A stretch of 64,000 nt of DNA. It comes from Chiloscyllium plagiosum (lineage: Eukaryota). Made by a program: the position numbers and the translations under genes. Below the pieces are notes generated by a model. The model saw only the letters and a program-made list of their open reading frames with translations. It was not told the origin of the DNA and did not search any database. The stretch is from positions 8,207,552 through 8,271,551 of the forward strand of contig NC_057718.1 of assembly GCF_004010195.1 (NCBI RefSeq). Reading direction: 5' to 3'. Shown piece by piece: positions 23,020 through 35,269 of this stretch; positions within the stretch are counted from its first letter, which is position 1; each line of letters starts with the position of its first letter.

Positions 23020-23530
23020 AAAAGTTAAAAATCACACAACACCAGGTTATAGACCAGCAGGTTTATTTGGAAATCTTAGCTTTCGGAGCGCTGCTTGTTC
23101 ATCAGATAGCTAGTGGGACAGGATCCTAAGACACCGAATTTATAGCACAAGATCACAGTGTCATGGAAGTGATATGATATATTGAAGAAACCTAGACTGC
23201 TGTTAAGTTTTTCATCTTTTCGAATGGATTACAGCCTTTGATTCATTAATATGTAAATCTCAGAACTTCTTTCAAGTCACATTCCCGAGATAACAAGGTT
23301 TTGTAAAAAAAAAAGTGACATCGCAGCTCAGATATGCATTAAAGGTGTGAAGTTAGAGTCTATTTGTATTCCAACCTTGAGACAGACTGGTTCTATTTCC
23401 AAAGTAGGAGTTTATAAATTGTCACATGGATTGACTGTCTGCAGGGTGTGTGCTTTTTGAGTAAAATGGAATTATGTGCAAATACGATTCTCCAAATACA
23501 ATCCCAGAGACTGATATGGGTGTGCGGGTG
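23020..23530 (-). mobile_element. Penelope-like 3' UTR and terminal repeat (family C)
   Basis: Reverse-complement similar to 22400-22772. Minus-strand core CTGATGAACAAGCAGCGCTCCGAAAGCTA, then the family C terminus. Confidence 0.8.
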
Positions 23531-23539
23531 TGTACAACA

Positions 23540-23790
23540 CCTCAAGTTGCCCCAAAGTGCATTACGGTTGTGAAGGAAATGAGGCAACCGGTCCGCATAC
23601 AGCACACACCCACAAACAGGAATCATGATAGTGCCCGATTATGTTTTGAAACATTGGTAAGGGATAAATATTGGCCATCACACTGTGGAATCTTATGTAA
23701 CAACTTGAGAGCAGAATGAACTCAGTTTGAAATCACATTCGAAAGGTGGCACATACAGCAGCACTCTTTCAATATGCAGCTGTGTGTCAA
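23540..23790 (-). mobile_element. Deu-domain-type SINE remnant
   Basis: gggataaatattggcc and aaaggtggcac...agcactc blocks match the recalled Deu domain in reverse. Confidence 0.55.
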
Positions 23791-23968
23791 TTTGAATCCA
23801 GCAAAGTCCAACAAACTGCAAAGAGATAACAACCAAAAGACCTGCTTTAATAGTTCTGATTAAGGTACAGATGCAGATTAGCATAGACCAAGGACCCCTT
23901 TCTAGTTTAAAAAAGGGTTTCACCCATGCTCCTACTCTATAACTTCTATAAGTAAGTCATTCCTACTC

Positions 23969-24120
23969 AAGGCATTTGGATGGGTATATGAATAGGAAGG
24001 GTTTGGAGGGATATGGGCTGGGTGCTGGCAGGTGGGACTAGATTGGGTTGGGATATCTGGTTGGCATGAACGGGTTGGACCGAAGGGTCTGTTTCCATAC
24101 TGTACATCTCTATGGCTCTA
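23969..24120 (+). mobile_element. HER1-type CR1 3' tail
   Basis: ggcatttggatgggtatatgaataggaaggg...ctgtacatctctatggctcta. Confidence 0.85.
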
Positions 24121-25789
24121 CTGCAGTCATAGTGCAATGGAATCTTTGCACATTTAGATACAATGACAATACTTTTTACTGATTATACTAAAAGGCAAAC
24201 TCTCATGGCCAGTTTGTGCATATATTGTGCTATTGTTTGGGATTCGTTTTGTAGCTGGACTTCCCAAAATCTGGATATCAGTTGGAAGACACTTTTAGGA
24301 ATCTGACTGTGCACCTGGGACAACTTGAGTTAGTTCAAACACCACACATTCAGAAAAGTGTGAAGTTATTAAATTGAAAAATACTAGTGAGAACCAGCAC
24401 ATCTCATTTGATGTAAATCTCATTCACAATTATTTTGGCCTGAAAAACTCTAATCTTCAAAGAAAGCACTATAGTCCAATGATAGGTAGAGGGGGAATTC
24501 TAAAGAGAAACATGCAAAGCTTTTTATTTAAACAGATTACATTACTTAACAACCTCTGACAAACAAATCTGAAAGATTTGTGACAAGTAATAACATTGAA
24601 TGCTCTTCATAGGAATCTCAAACAGATTTCATCAGGTAAAGAAAATGATATGTTACACAGGCTCATGGGGATTTCCTTCTCATAAACTTCAAGTTTCAGT
24701 CAACTCATAGTGTACGATAAAGAGAGGATGACACACAAACCACAAACCAAACCATACCATTAATGCTGAGACTTGGCTCCGAATTAAAATTTGGAGCGGC
24801 CGATGACAGTGATAACTGACTCTGATTACACTGTAGACTTGCTGTAATTCACAGAAATACAATAATGAAAAAGACTTGGTTTTACAAATGAAGTAACTCT
24901 TTGAAAATACAATGAATGCTAAACTTAAATCGATAAGACTTAGAAACACCAGACCACATCCAAACACATTCTTTTAGAAGCTAAAAACATTCTTTGGGGT
25001 TGAGTGATGTTAATTAAATTAGGTTGATAATGTAGAGGCTCTCAAGACTACATGGGGCAAGAACAGGAAATGTTGTCAGGCAGATAGATGTTGTGCGCAA
25101 AAGGAAAAGCCTTGGAGGCAGATTGGGCTTTCGTATTGTATATTTTATACATCCTGTAACATACTCAATACTTTGCATTATACAGGTTATGTGTTAATAA
25201 ATCTTAGAAATTAATACATTTGTACCATGCTGTGCCTATTCTGAAGGATGTTAAAGACTTCATGATATCACTCAAACTAAAGCAATTTAGTTCTCTGCAT
25301 ATCATTCCTTCCCAAAATCAACATCACTAAAGACAGATGAACTTTCATCAGAATTGTTTAAGTGTAAACTTCTAACTTAATTCTTTCTGCAAAGATATTG
25401 CCAGACCTAATTATTCTATTGGAAGGTTTGCAATAAGTGTATGTGAACAGAAAGAAGGTTTTTTTTTTGAAAAGTAGAAGAAATCTGGATAGGTAAGATT
25501 TGGCAACTTCAATGAGTATCTTCATAGACATTCAACTGCGACTAAGTTTGGATCTATGTAGTAGTGAAAGTGCATTGACCTTCAAGTTGTTTGGATTATT
25601 TCCCAAAAGTGCAGAAGATTGCCTGGAACAGGAAACTCAATCATTCTGACAGCAACAACTTGCATATTATCTCCAGCATAACAAAGCTCCCCAAGGTGTT
25701 TCACAGGAGTGTTATAAAATAAATGTTTGACACCAATAAGGAGATATAAGGATAGCTGATCAAAGAAATAAGTTTTAAGGAATATCTCA

Positions 25790-26765
25790 GACTCAGATAT
25801 TTACAGAGCAGGAGGAGGCCAATCGGCCCATTGTGTCCACATCAGTTAATGAATGTCTCATTATACCAATTCCATTTTCCAGCTCTTGGTCCACAGCCCT
25901 GGAGGTTATGACAACTCAAACAAATGTCTACATACTACTTAAATGTTATGATAGTTTCTGACTCCACCACTCATTTTGGCAGTGAGTTCTAGACTCTGAA
26001 TACACTTTGGTGAAAAACATTGTTAATCTCTTGCATAAAATCTGTGTCTTGGTTATTGACCCCTCTACTAATGGAAAAAAAAAGTCTTCTTATCCATCTT
26101 ACCAATGCCCCTCAATCTTGTACACCTTTATCAGGTGCCCTCTCAAGCTTCACTGCTCAAATCCAAGTCTATCCAATCTTATTCTATTATATCCCATAAG
26201 CCTTCTTAACCATCTTATCGACGTGCCTTGCTACCTTCATGGATCCATGGATATGCAAAACAAGGTTCCTCTAATGATCTATATTCCAGGATCCGTTGTG
26301 CACTTCCTTACTTCATTACCCTTTACAAGTGCACCATCTCTCAGATTTCCAGGATAAATTCCATTTGCCCACTGCTCTGTCACCCAACAATCTGTTAATA
26401 TTCTCCTGCAGCCTACAGTTATCCTCCTCACTAGGTATACCTTACCGACTTTCATTCTCATTAACAAAACTCTTGATTATAAATCTAGGGCTGGCACCAC
26501 GCCATTCTTAACCCCACTGGAAGCAGACTTCCAGTCACAGAAACATCCTTCTACTATCACCCTCTGTTTCCTGCCACTCAGCCAATATTAGATCCAACAT
26601 GCTACTTTGCCTTTGATCCCATGGACTCTCATTTTCTTGACTGGACTTACCACGAAAAACCTTATCAAAAGCCTTCAAGTCCTTCTAGACCACACCAAAT
26701 GTTTGACACTATCAACATTCCTGGTTACCTCCTCAAAAAGATTTGATCGGGTTTGTCAAACCTGA
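25790..26765 (-). mobile_element. Degraded CR1 LINE 3' portion
   Basis: Tail caggaggaggccaatcggcccatt and decayed RT sequence. Confidence 0.7.
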
Positions 26766-26789
26766 TATGTTTTTCATTTCCTCTTCTTG

Positions 26790-27020
26790 TCTATGTGGGT
26801 TTCCACTGGGTGCTCCAGTTTCCTCCCACACTCCAAAAATGTGCAGGTTAGATGGATTGGCTGAAATTGCCTGCACTGTTCAGGGATATGTAGGCCAAGT
26901 GGATTACAAATATGGGGTAGCAGGATGTGGCATGGATCTGGGTCTGGGTGGGATGCCTATCGGAGGGTCAGTGTGGTCTCGATGAGCTAAGTAGCCTCCT
27001 TCCACACTATAGGGATTCCA
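26790..27020 (+). mobile_element. V-SINE (HE1-like) fragment
   Basis: gggtgctccagtttcctcccacactccaaaaatgtgcaggttag...ttccacactatagggattc. Confidence 0.7.
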
Positions 27021-27067
27021 AGGTTCTACGACCCTCCCTTAACAAATAAGTGTCTCTCCTTGTGTGG

Positions 27068-27254
27068 GCTGAAAATGTGTTGCTGGAAAAGCGCAGCAGG
27101 TCAGGCAGCATCCAAGGAACAGGAGAATCGACGTTTCGGGCATAAGCCCTTCTTCAGGAATTCTCCTGTTCCTTGGATGCTGCCTGACCTGCTGCGCTTT
27201 TCCAGCAACACATTTTCAGCTCTGATCTCCAGCATCTGCAGTCTTCACTTTCTC
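27068..27254. mobile_element. Palindromic mini-element, family A (right-arm hammerhead deleted)
   Basis: Arms gctgaaaatgtgttgctgg... / ...ccagcaacacattttcagc. Minus-strand core CTGAAGAAGGGCTTATGCCCGAAACGTC intact. 14-bp TSD CTCTCCTTGTGTGG (27054-27067, 27255-27268). Confidence 0.88.
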
Positions 27255-28250
27255 CTCTCCTTGTGTGGATATAGTTTGCCTCTCAGAATCTTGTCCCGAA
27301 ACAGCCAAAGAACAGTTAATCTTCAAGCTCCCACAGACGTGACTGCATTCACCTAAGGTAAGAGAATTATCTTGCAACAGATATTCCTGCACAGTTGGAA
27401 ACGAATAGGGTTTATTTCTTTTGCTGGAATGGCAAAACCAGGGCAGGAGAAAGAGACTTATGTACGATTTTCATAAAATATACTTTAACTTGGGGAGGGG
27501 GGCGCGGTGTGGGCACAGGCAATGAAGAAATGCTGAAAAAACTTGAACCGAGTCCTTTATTCATAGCCTATGAGTGAAAGCATTCTCTATTTACACACAC
27601 TGAATAGTGAAATCCCATTGTACCACTATAGATATTGGAGAAGACACAGGGATAACCTATCATTGAAAAGCTTAGTGTCAATGCCACCCATAACTGCACA
27701 ATGGGTATAACTTTAAATTAAGAAGCGGTATTGCTGCTCCTGCAGCTGAGAAGGGTATTTGAAAATCCTTCGGCATGCATGTAAAAGAGGAGGATGGACA
27801 TCTGCCCTGAAGACTGATACTCCTCTCAGCATTGATACTACCAAATAAATTCAGCTCAATTGGCCGCAGGAGCCCGCTGTTTAAAAAAGAATGCTTGCCA
27901 CTTCCATGAAATGGAAACACTTCAGAAATGATTTTTTTGAAACTTGACAGTGTGACATAGTTACACAAACCATTCTTTCTCTATTGACTGCCTCCAAGTT
28001 TTCATGGCTTTGCTATGTGATTGCATTCTTGATTAGATATACTGGAAATTCAGCTTCAGGCTATTGAGCTATTGGTTGCTGCTGTCAAATTGACATAATT
28101 CTTCATTAAATGTTCTGAATGAATGAAACATATTATATTGTGCTGTTGCTAGTACCCAGGCCACATGTATAGCATCAGATCATTACATCTTGTTGTGCAC
28201 AGTATCAATTATCTTATTGCTGGAAAACTTGGAAAAGATTCTGATCTTAC

Positions 28251-28334
28251 CCTGAGGCTTTACGCTGTACAACGCTGGGTCAATTATTGGTACATTCTGT
28301 GGCACTGGCTGTATTGTTGGAGTATTCTGCAATA
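28251..28334 (-). CDS. VTA1: VTA1 internal coding exon (linker; likely exon 7)
   Basis: Strong pyrimidine tract cctttcctctctttgcAG and donor CAGG|GTAAGA. 84 nt, phase 1-1, encoding (V)LQNTPTIQPVPQNVPIIDPALYSVKPQ(G), similar to recalled human TIQPTPQTIPAIDPALF. In frame with both neighbouring exons. Confidence 0.92.
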
Positions 28335-29269
28335 CTGCAAAGAGAGGAAAGGATAATTATTGGAAAAAGAACGCATGAAATCCAGAGTAACAGCAGAAAG
28401 CAGGGATTCCACTGTGAGGAGTAGCCTAGTGGAAACTGCTCCCTCAAAAGTCAGTTTATTCTGAATTGGATCCTTACTACTGTTTAAATGGGATTGAAAT
28501 CTCCATTTTAATTAAAATGTACCATTAGTGCAATTTTAATGTCGTAATTTAGTCAGTTCATGTTACCAATTTCTATGGAAGTCACACTACTTTTAAAATG
28601 AAATCCCAGTAAAAGTGATTGCTGGTTGCATATAACATGAATTCCAAACTGATCAGATTTCCTGAAATCTGATATTACACCCATAATTTAAAAAAAAACA
28701 CAGAAGATCTTCATTGTCATTGTTTAGCACCTCCAAGATAATTCCCCATTCTACAAATACAGGAGACTCATTAACATTTCTGTTCTACATTATTAGATCT
28801 CAAAGCAAGATGCAATATGGAGAAATGCAATAAGACATATGTTCTTTACTCATAACCTTAGTAAGTGTGCCAAAAATTAGGAAAATCTGTGACTTTCAGT
28901 TCTCTTATGTGTTTCATTTCTCCTTTAAAATAAGACAAGTAAAGTTTGATTCATTCCTCGGAATCTCGGAATGTCTAGGCCATGAAACTTGCTCTCACAA
29001 CCACAAATGCGGTGTCTCCAACTGCAATTTGACGCAACATAACAACTTACGCATTAATCCAAGGACTTTTTTTAAAATCAGGAAGAGGTTCATGTTCATT
29101 TGCTCAGACTTTTGCTTTTCCCCAATTGTTTCTCCACTTCCAATCCAAAATGATCTGCTAACGGCAATTAATCTGGATCCAGCAATATTGCCAAAAACAG
29201 TCTGGCTTCCTTTTTCGTTGGGAGACTAGCAGCTGAGTGAGCGAGGGAACATGGCTGGATTATATACCT

Positions 29270-29461
29270 AGGCGAAACTGAGGACTGCAGATGCTGGAGG
29301 TTAAAGTCAAGATTAGAGTGGTGCTGGAAAAGCACAGTAGGTCAGGCAGCATCCGAAGAGCAGGAAAATCCTGATGAAGGGCTCCTACCCGAAATATCGA
29401 CTTTCTTGGTCCTCGGATGCTACCTGACCAGCTGTGCTTTTCCAGCATCACTCTGGTCTTG
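29270..29461. mobile_element. Palindromic mini-element, family A variant (opposite orientation)
   Basis: Inverted arms with one plus-strand core CTGATGAAGGGCTCCTACCCGAAATATC. About 9-bp TSD TATATACCT. Confidence 0.8.
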
Positions 29462-29784
29462 TTATATATACCTGACAACCTCATGAACCATTGAGTCATG
29501 AAACCAGGGACCGAGAGTGTATAACTTGTGGTCAGTTTGCAAAGTTAGCTTGTAAACAGTCACGCACAACCAGAAGCTTTACATCCTGTTTTCATCCTGA
29601 GTTAGTTAATAAGAGCTGAGTGAGTGAGTTGAAGGAACGCAGAGTTAAACAAACATACTGGGCCTGGGCACCGTTCTTGATCGCTACATAGTGGAAAATA
29701 CCTACCTTCGTGAGCGGAGTAAAGACAGGTTTGATCTCAGTTGCTTTACGTAAGCTTCAAAAGGCAGCCCACACTACTATCTAA

Positions 29785-30200
29785 CAACAAAGTACATTCA
29801 CATAATGCCTTTAACATACCAAAATATTCCACAGAAAAAAATGTCAAAACAGCATGATCGAAATGCTTTTGACACAACCATGAGGAAGATATTGGTAGTA
29901 GGTTTTAAGGAGGGTTTTAAAGAGAGAGAGATGCAGAGAGGCTTAGGGAGAAAGTTTCAAAGCTTTGTCTGAGGAGCTGAAAGCATGGGTGCCAATGATG
30001 GAGTAAAGATGACTAGAGCTGTAAAGCAAACTAGAATTGGGAGAGTGCAGGTTTGTAGGGCAGGAGGTGGTTAATGAAAATACAAAAAGTAATGTGGCCA
30101 GGGACCAGAAGCCAATTTAGATCAATGAGCTCAGTAGGGATGAGTGAACAGCACTCAGTCCAAGTTAGGATAGCAATAGCAGGATTATAGATGAACAATG
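29785..30200 (-). mobile_element. Old L2-type LINE 3' remnant
   Basis: gtaggttttaaggagggttttaaagagagagag...tttcaaagctt...gctgaaagcatgg, typical of a reverse L2 3' region. Confidence 0.5.
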
Positions 30201-30519
30201 TTCACTTGCAGAACTGAAGCTAAGTGGGGGGAGAAAAAAAAACATGTTCAGAATTCAGTTACTTTTGCTCAGGCGTTCCTGGGTTACAGTCAGTCAAATC
30301 TTCATGCTGTAAATCACTCTAACGTCTTCTTCACAAAAGTGGAAGTGGTGAGAAGACCAAATGTCTGATTTTCATTTTGTGGCTTTCAGTATTCTTTTGT
30401 GTTTCATTTCTCCTTTTAAAATAAATTAAGTATCATAACAGTTTATCGCCAAGGGCAACTGCAGGGAGGTGAGGGTTTTTATAATCAAAGCATTTGACAG
30501 GGACAATAGAAGAATGCGG

Positions 30520-30727
30520 AGTCATAGAGTCATAGAGATGTACAGCATGGAAACAGACCCTTCAGTCCAACCCCTCCACGCCAATCAGATATCCCAACCC
30601 AATCTAGTCCTATCTGCCAGCACCCAGCCCATATCCCTCCGAACCCTTCCTATTCATATACCCATCCAAATGCCTTTTAAATGCTGCAATTGGACCAGCC
30701 TCCACTACTTCCTCTGGCAGCTCATTC
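30520..30727 (-). mobile_element. HER1-type CR1 3' tail
   Basis: agtcatagagtcatagagatgtacagcatggaaacagacccttc... terminus. Confidence 0.88.
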
Positions 30728-32084
30728 AAAGAAATCAAACTGAGATGCAAAGGGCACATCCAGATACTTCTAGAGTTTAAACAAGCTGGACCAACACAGG
30801 TTTACCCTGTACAATAGAGTTTTAACTAGTTCTGTTGCTTGGAAATTAGTACAGAAGTTCAAAGGAAATTTGAAAATTCAGTTCAATGATATACCAGGTG
30901 TGACTTGAAAATTAATTCTCTCAATAGCATAAGTCTGTAGCAACCTAGATAAACTGTACTAAGGTCAAAGGCTCTGTTGTCACATCATGAAGACGACTGA
31001 TAGAATCAGAAATGTAAGCCACAGCCAGATTCCAGTTGCTTTGCTCGGGCATTCTACATTACTCAATATGATCTTCCATGTTCAAAGAAAATTGTTTCAA
31101 TCTTCGCACTGAAAGGAATGCCAGCCAAGATTAGCAATTTCCTTCCTGAAATTGTTCCAATTGGCACACATCTTGTAGCCAAAATATTATCCTTGGGATT
31201 CCTTTGAACATCCCAAATGGAAAGCTGCTTAAAAGCCAGAAAAGATGATGGCCAAATCTGCTAGCAATAGTTATTGATTTTCATGAGGACAAGGAGCAGA
31301 ATGAGACAATGACAACACTTGGGTAGCATTGCCTCCAACTGCAAATGGAGAATCAACTGTAGTGACAGCCTGCTAGAATCACTTGCTATCAATGCTGATG
31401 GTAATGCTTGTGAGAAAAATGGTGCAAATGAGAAATAATAGGTATCACCTGTTCAGTAGGTGCTCAAGAAGTAGCTGAAAAGAAACAGTAGTAAACACTA
31501 AAAAAGAATATCTGTATCTGTGAGTTTCCATCCATGCTTTGAACAGAGGGCAACTTTGAACATACCTAACCAGACCATGCCAAGGATTACCACAGTTTCA
31601 TGAACTTTCATTTTTACCAAAGGCTTGGATTTACATAAGATGGGGGAGAAGCTTCACCTGCACAATTAGGCAGGAGACATCAGAGAATGCAGTGCTGGCC
31701 ACTTCCAAACATCATACTGAGACAGGGAATTAAATAAGCATCACTACTTAATTAGCAATCCACCAAGAGATTCCTGCCAATTCAGTTTGTACTGTCATGC
31801 AATTGTTGCAGCTAATTTAGCGGGCAACTGGGATTAATTGTAATTATGATGGGAAATTGTTGAGGATAATTCCCTCATGCATATTTACAAAGTTTTATTC
31901 TGGCAAAAAAAATCAAATTAAAGAATTCAAGGAGCCTGGTATTTGAGTTTACAGAGGTCTAATTAAAACAGAAAACACAATTGTAAGGGTAAAATCACTC
32001 ATAGTTTGGGTAGGGTGCCAAACTTGGTCAAAAGCACTTCTCCAGAGACTTGAGGGGTACAGTGGTATACAATCAGGTACAACC

Positions 32085-34250
32085 TTGAAATCCTCAAAGT
32101 TGATTGAATCAATTAAATTGACTCAACCCTTTGAAGTTTCATTGCATCAGGTGAATGGACAAGGAAATCTCCTGCTAATTAACACTTATGGTCTTCCCTT
32201 TGCTTATGAAACAGTACTTTCCTACATTGATTAGCCTTTGGAAGAAACACTAAGGGTAAACAGGGCACAGAATGTATTCTAATTGAGGACTTCAAAGCCT
32301 ATCGAAGAGAGAATTATCCACTACCAACCGAACTGAAGGACAGCGAGAATGTCAATATGAGGAAATTAGCCCTCACAAATCTACCTGTAGCAGTTCATTT
32401 TGTATTGGTGGGAGTAACTACAACACATTGCTTGTGGAGTCAAAACACAAAACCCTATCTTCACACAGAGAATGCCTTGTTGAATGATACAGCCATTGCG
32501 CTAAATGGAATAGACTCAAAGCAGGTATAGGATCCATGACACATTGCGTGCCAACAGCAGCAGCACGTTGCATTATAATCGTGTTATGTCCAGTCTTGAA
32601 TGGTGGTGGACAATTAAGCGACTGACAGGAGAAGGGATTGTCTCAAATATCCCTATCATCAATGATAGAGTGTAGCGCATCAGTGAAAAAGACAAAGCAT
32701 TTGCAACCATTTTCAGTTCGAAGTGTCCAGTGGATAAACCACCCTCAGTCTCCTCCTGAGGAGCCCACCATCATTGCTGATGGACTTCAGAAAATTCAAT
32801 TCACTCTATTGATAAAGAAATGCTGGGGGCACCTGATACAATAAAGACTTTGGGTCCTGACGTCATTCCAGCAACTACACTATAGAATTGTACGCTAGGA
32901 CTTGACAGGCCCCTAGCCAAACTGCTCCAGTATAGCTACAACACAGGCATTAAGCTAGTAATGTGAAATATTGCTCAGGGATGTCCACACAATAGAACAA
33001 ATCCAATCCTTTCAATTAGAACCACATCAATTTATCTTTGATCATGAGTAAAATGATGGATTTGTCATTTTCAGTGCTACTAAGTTCCACCAATCATTAC
33101 AGCCTTAGTCCAAACATGGACAGAAGAACGGAACTCAAGAGCTGAGGTGAGAGTGCCTTTGATATTAAGGCAGCATTTGATGCAGTGTGGTATCAAGGAG
33201 TCTGAGCCAAAATCAGTCAATGGGAATCAGGAAGAAAATGCTCCATTGGTTAAAATCATAGCTGGCACAAAGGAAAATTGTTATGGCTGTTGAAGGTCGA
33301 TCAGTTCCTTCCTAAGAATCTGCTGTAGGAATTCCTCAAAATAGTGTCCTAGGTCTGAGAATTTAGTTTCTTCAACAATGACATTCTTTCCATTACATGA
33401 TCAGAAAGTATATGATATATTTGCAAAACCATAGACCGCGAAGCAGTCTGTACCTATTTCAAAAAACCTGGACAACATAAGTGCAAATAATATTTGTACC
33501 ACATAAGTGCCAGGCAATGAGCAACTTCAATAAAAGCAAGTCTATCTATGTCCTATAGTCATTCAATGACATTATCATCGCTGAATTCTGCACTATCGCC
33601 ATCCTGGGAGTTACCATTAATCAAAAGTTGAACTGGACAAGCCATATAAATACTGTGGTTACAAGAGCAGGTCAGAGGCTAGGAATCGTGGCAAGAGTAA
33701 ACCATCTTCTGACTCTTGAAAGCCAGTCTATCTACAAGGCATATTTAGGACTGTAATGAAATACTCTCCACTCGTGTGGAATGGTGCAGCACCAACAATG
33801 CTCAAGAGCTCAATATCATCCAGGCCAAAATATTCCTGCTTGATTGGCACCCCATCCACCAGCACACACATTTGCTGCCTCAGGCAAAGGCACACAGTAG
33901 CAACATGTACCACCTGCAGATGTATTGCAGCAACTTGCCAAGGCTCCTTGGATAGCAACTTCCAAACTGCGACCATTTAGAAGCTCTGGGGCAGCAAATA
34001 TAAGGGAACACTGCCACGTGAAAGCTTCCCTCCAAGTCAAACACTATCCGAACTTGAAACTATATTGCTGTTCCTTCAATACTGCTGGGTCAAACTTCTG
34101 AAACTCCCATCATAACAGCACTGTGGGTGCACCTACACAACATGGACTGCAACTGTTTCAAAGAGCAACTCCCAACCAATTTCTCCAGGACAATTAGGGA
34201 TGGGCAGTAATTGAGAGCTTGACAGTGGTGCCCACATTCTAAAGAATAAA
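32085..34250 (+). mobile_element. Degraded 2.1-kb CR1-like LINE (distinct family)
   Basis: Decayed APE/RT motifs (GPD.IP, DIKAAFD.VW, G.PQ.SVLG, VMKYSPLVW) and tail caattagggatgggcagtaa...cccacattctaaagaataaa. Confidence 0.75.
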
Positions 34251-34309
34251 TAAAACCCAAAGAATGGCTAAAGACAAGAAAGAAAGACAGTTGCATGAAT
34301 GATATATCA

Positions 34310-34570
34310 AAATCTGTCATCTAAGAACAACATAAAGATTCTTCAGAGAACAACAGGGGAGTTCACCTACTGCCCTGATTAGAATTTATGTTAAAATCCT
34401 TAAAACATGTTTAGTTATTTCATCACTGCTAATGGAAAATCTTCCTTTGCATGACCTGGGTTGCTGTACTTATTAATACAAAAATAATTACAATTCAAAA
34501 AATACTCAACTGGCTGTGATTTACTTCCTGGATAGTTGGAGGATTGTGAAAACTCCAATATTTGTGCAAT
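34310..34570 (+). mobile_element. Deu-domain-type SINE remnant
   Basis: caggggagttcacctactgccctg...ttcaaaaaatactcaactggctgtg...gtgaaaactccaatatttgtgcaa. Confidence 0.5.
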
Positions 34571-35269
34571 TACTCTCATTGTATCATGATTATTTGTAGA
34601 GCTATGAATGAGGGGCCCCTTTAAGAACCTGAAACTGTACATTTTTAGCATGAGCACAATACAAAACGCTTGATGCCCACTCAGCAGAATATTGGAATAA
34701 AACAGTATTCTATCAGGGCTAAACAGTATGGACTGCAATGTGAAAGAAAGACAAATGAGGCATTGTGTGCATGAATGACCTAGTCTGAGAAATACGACGA
34801 TATTTTAATAGCCTACTATTTTCTGTAGAAAGCTGACTGCTATCTTCATCGGGTTAACATGACTTACTGGAAGATCGTGCTTACTCTGGGAATGGGGGCA
34901 GGGAGGGAAAAGCTTTGCAATCTGGTCTCAATTCAAATTAATTCATTTTGCAGCAACAAATTCCATAATCACTTGTTTGTATTATTTACTACAAACTAAC
35001 CAGTTTCAAGAAAGGGCCTTTGAATTCTCAGGAGTTATGCCAAGCTGTTTCACCAACTTAAAAAGGGCAGTGTTGAGTAGAAAGTGGAATGAACTATTGA
35101 TCCTCATTCTGATAGCACAGCTGGTCTCTTACAAATTTTCAATTTGCCACAATTTTCAAATCCGGTTCCTCCGACATTAGCTTTGGAGTTCTTTATTTTT
35201 TAAGAGAGTAAAATTGAGAAAGTAGCCACGACTTGTACTTCCAACATACAATGAAGACTGTACCCCTGC

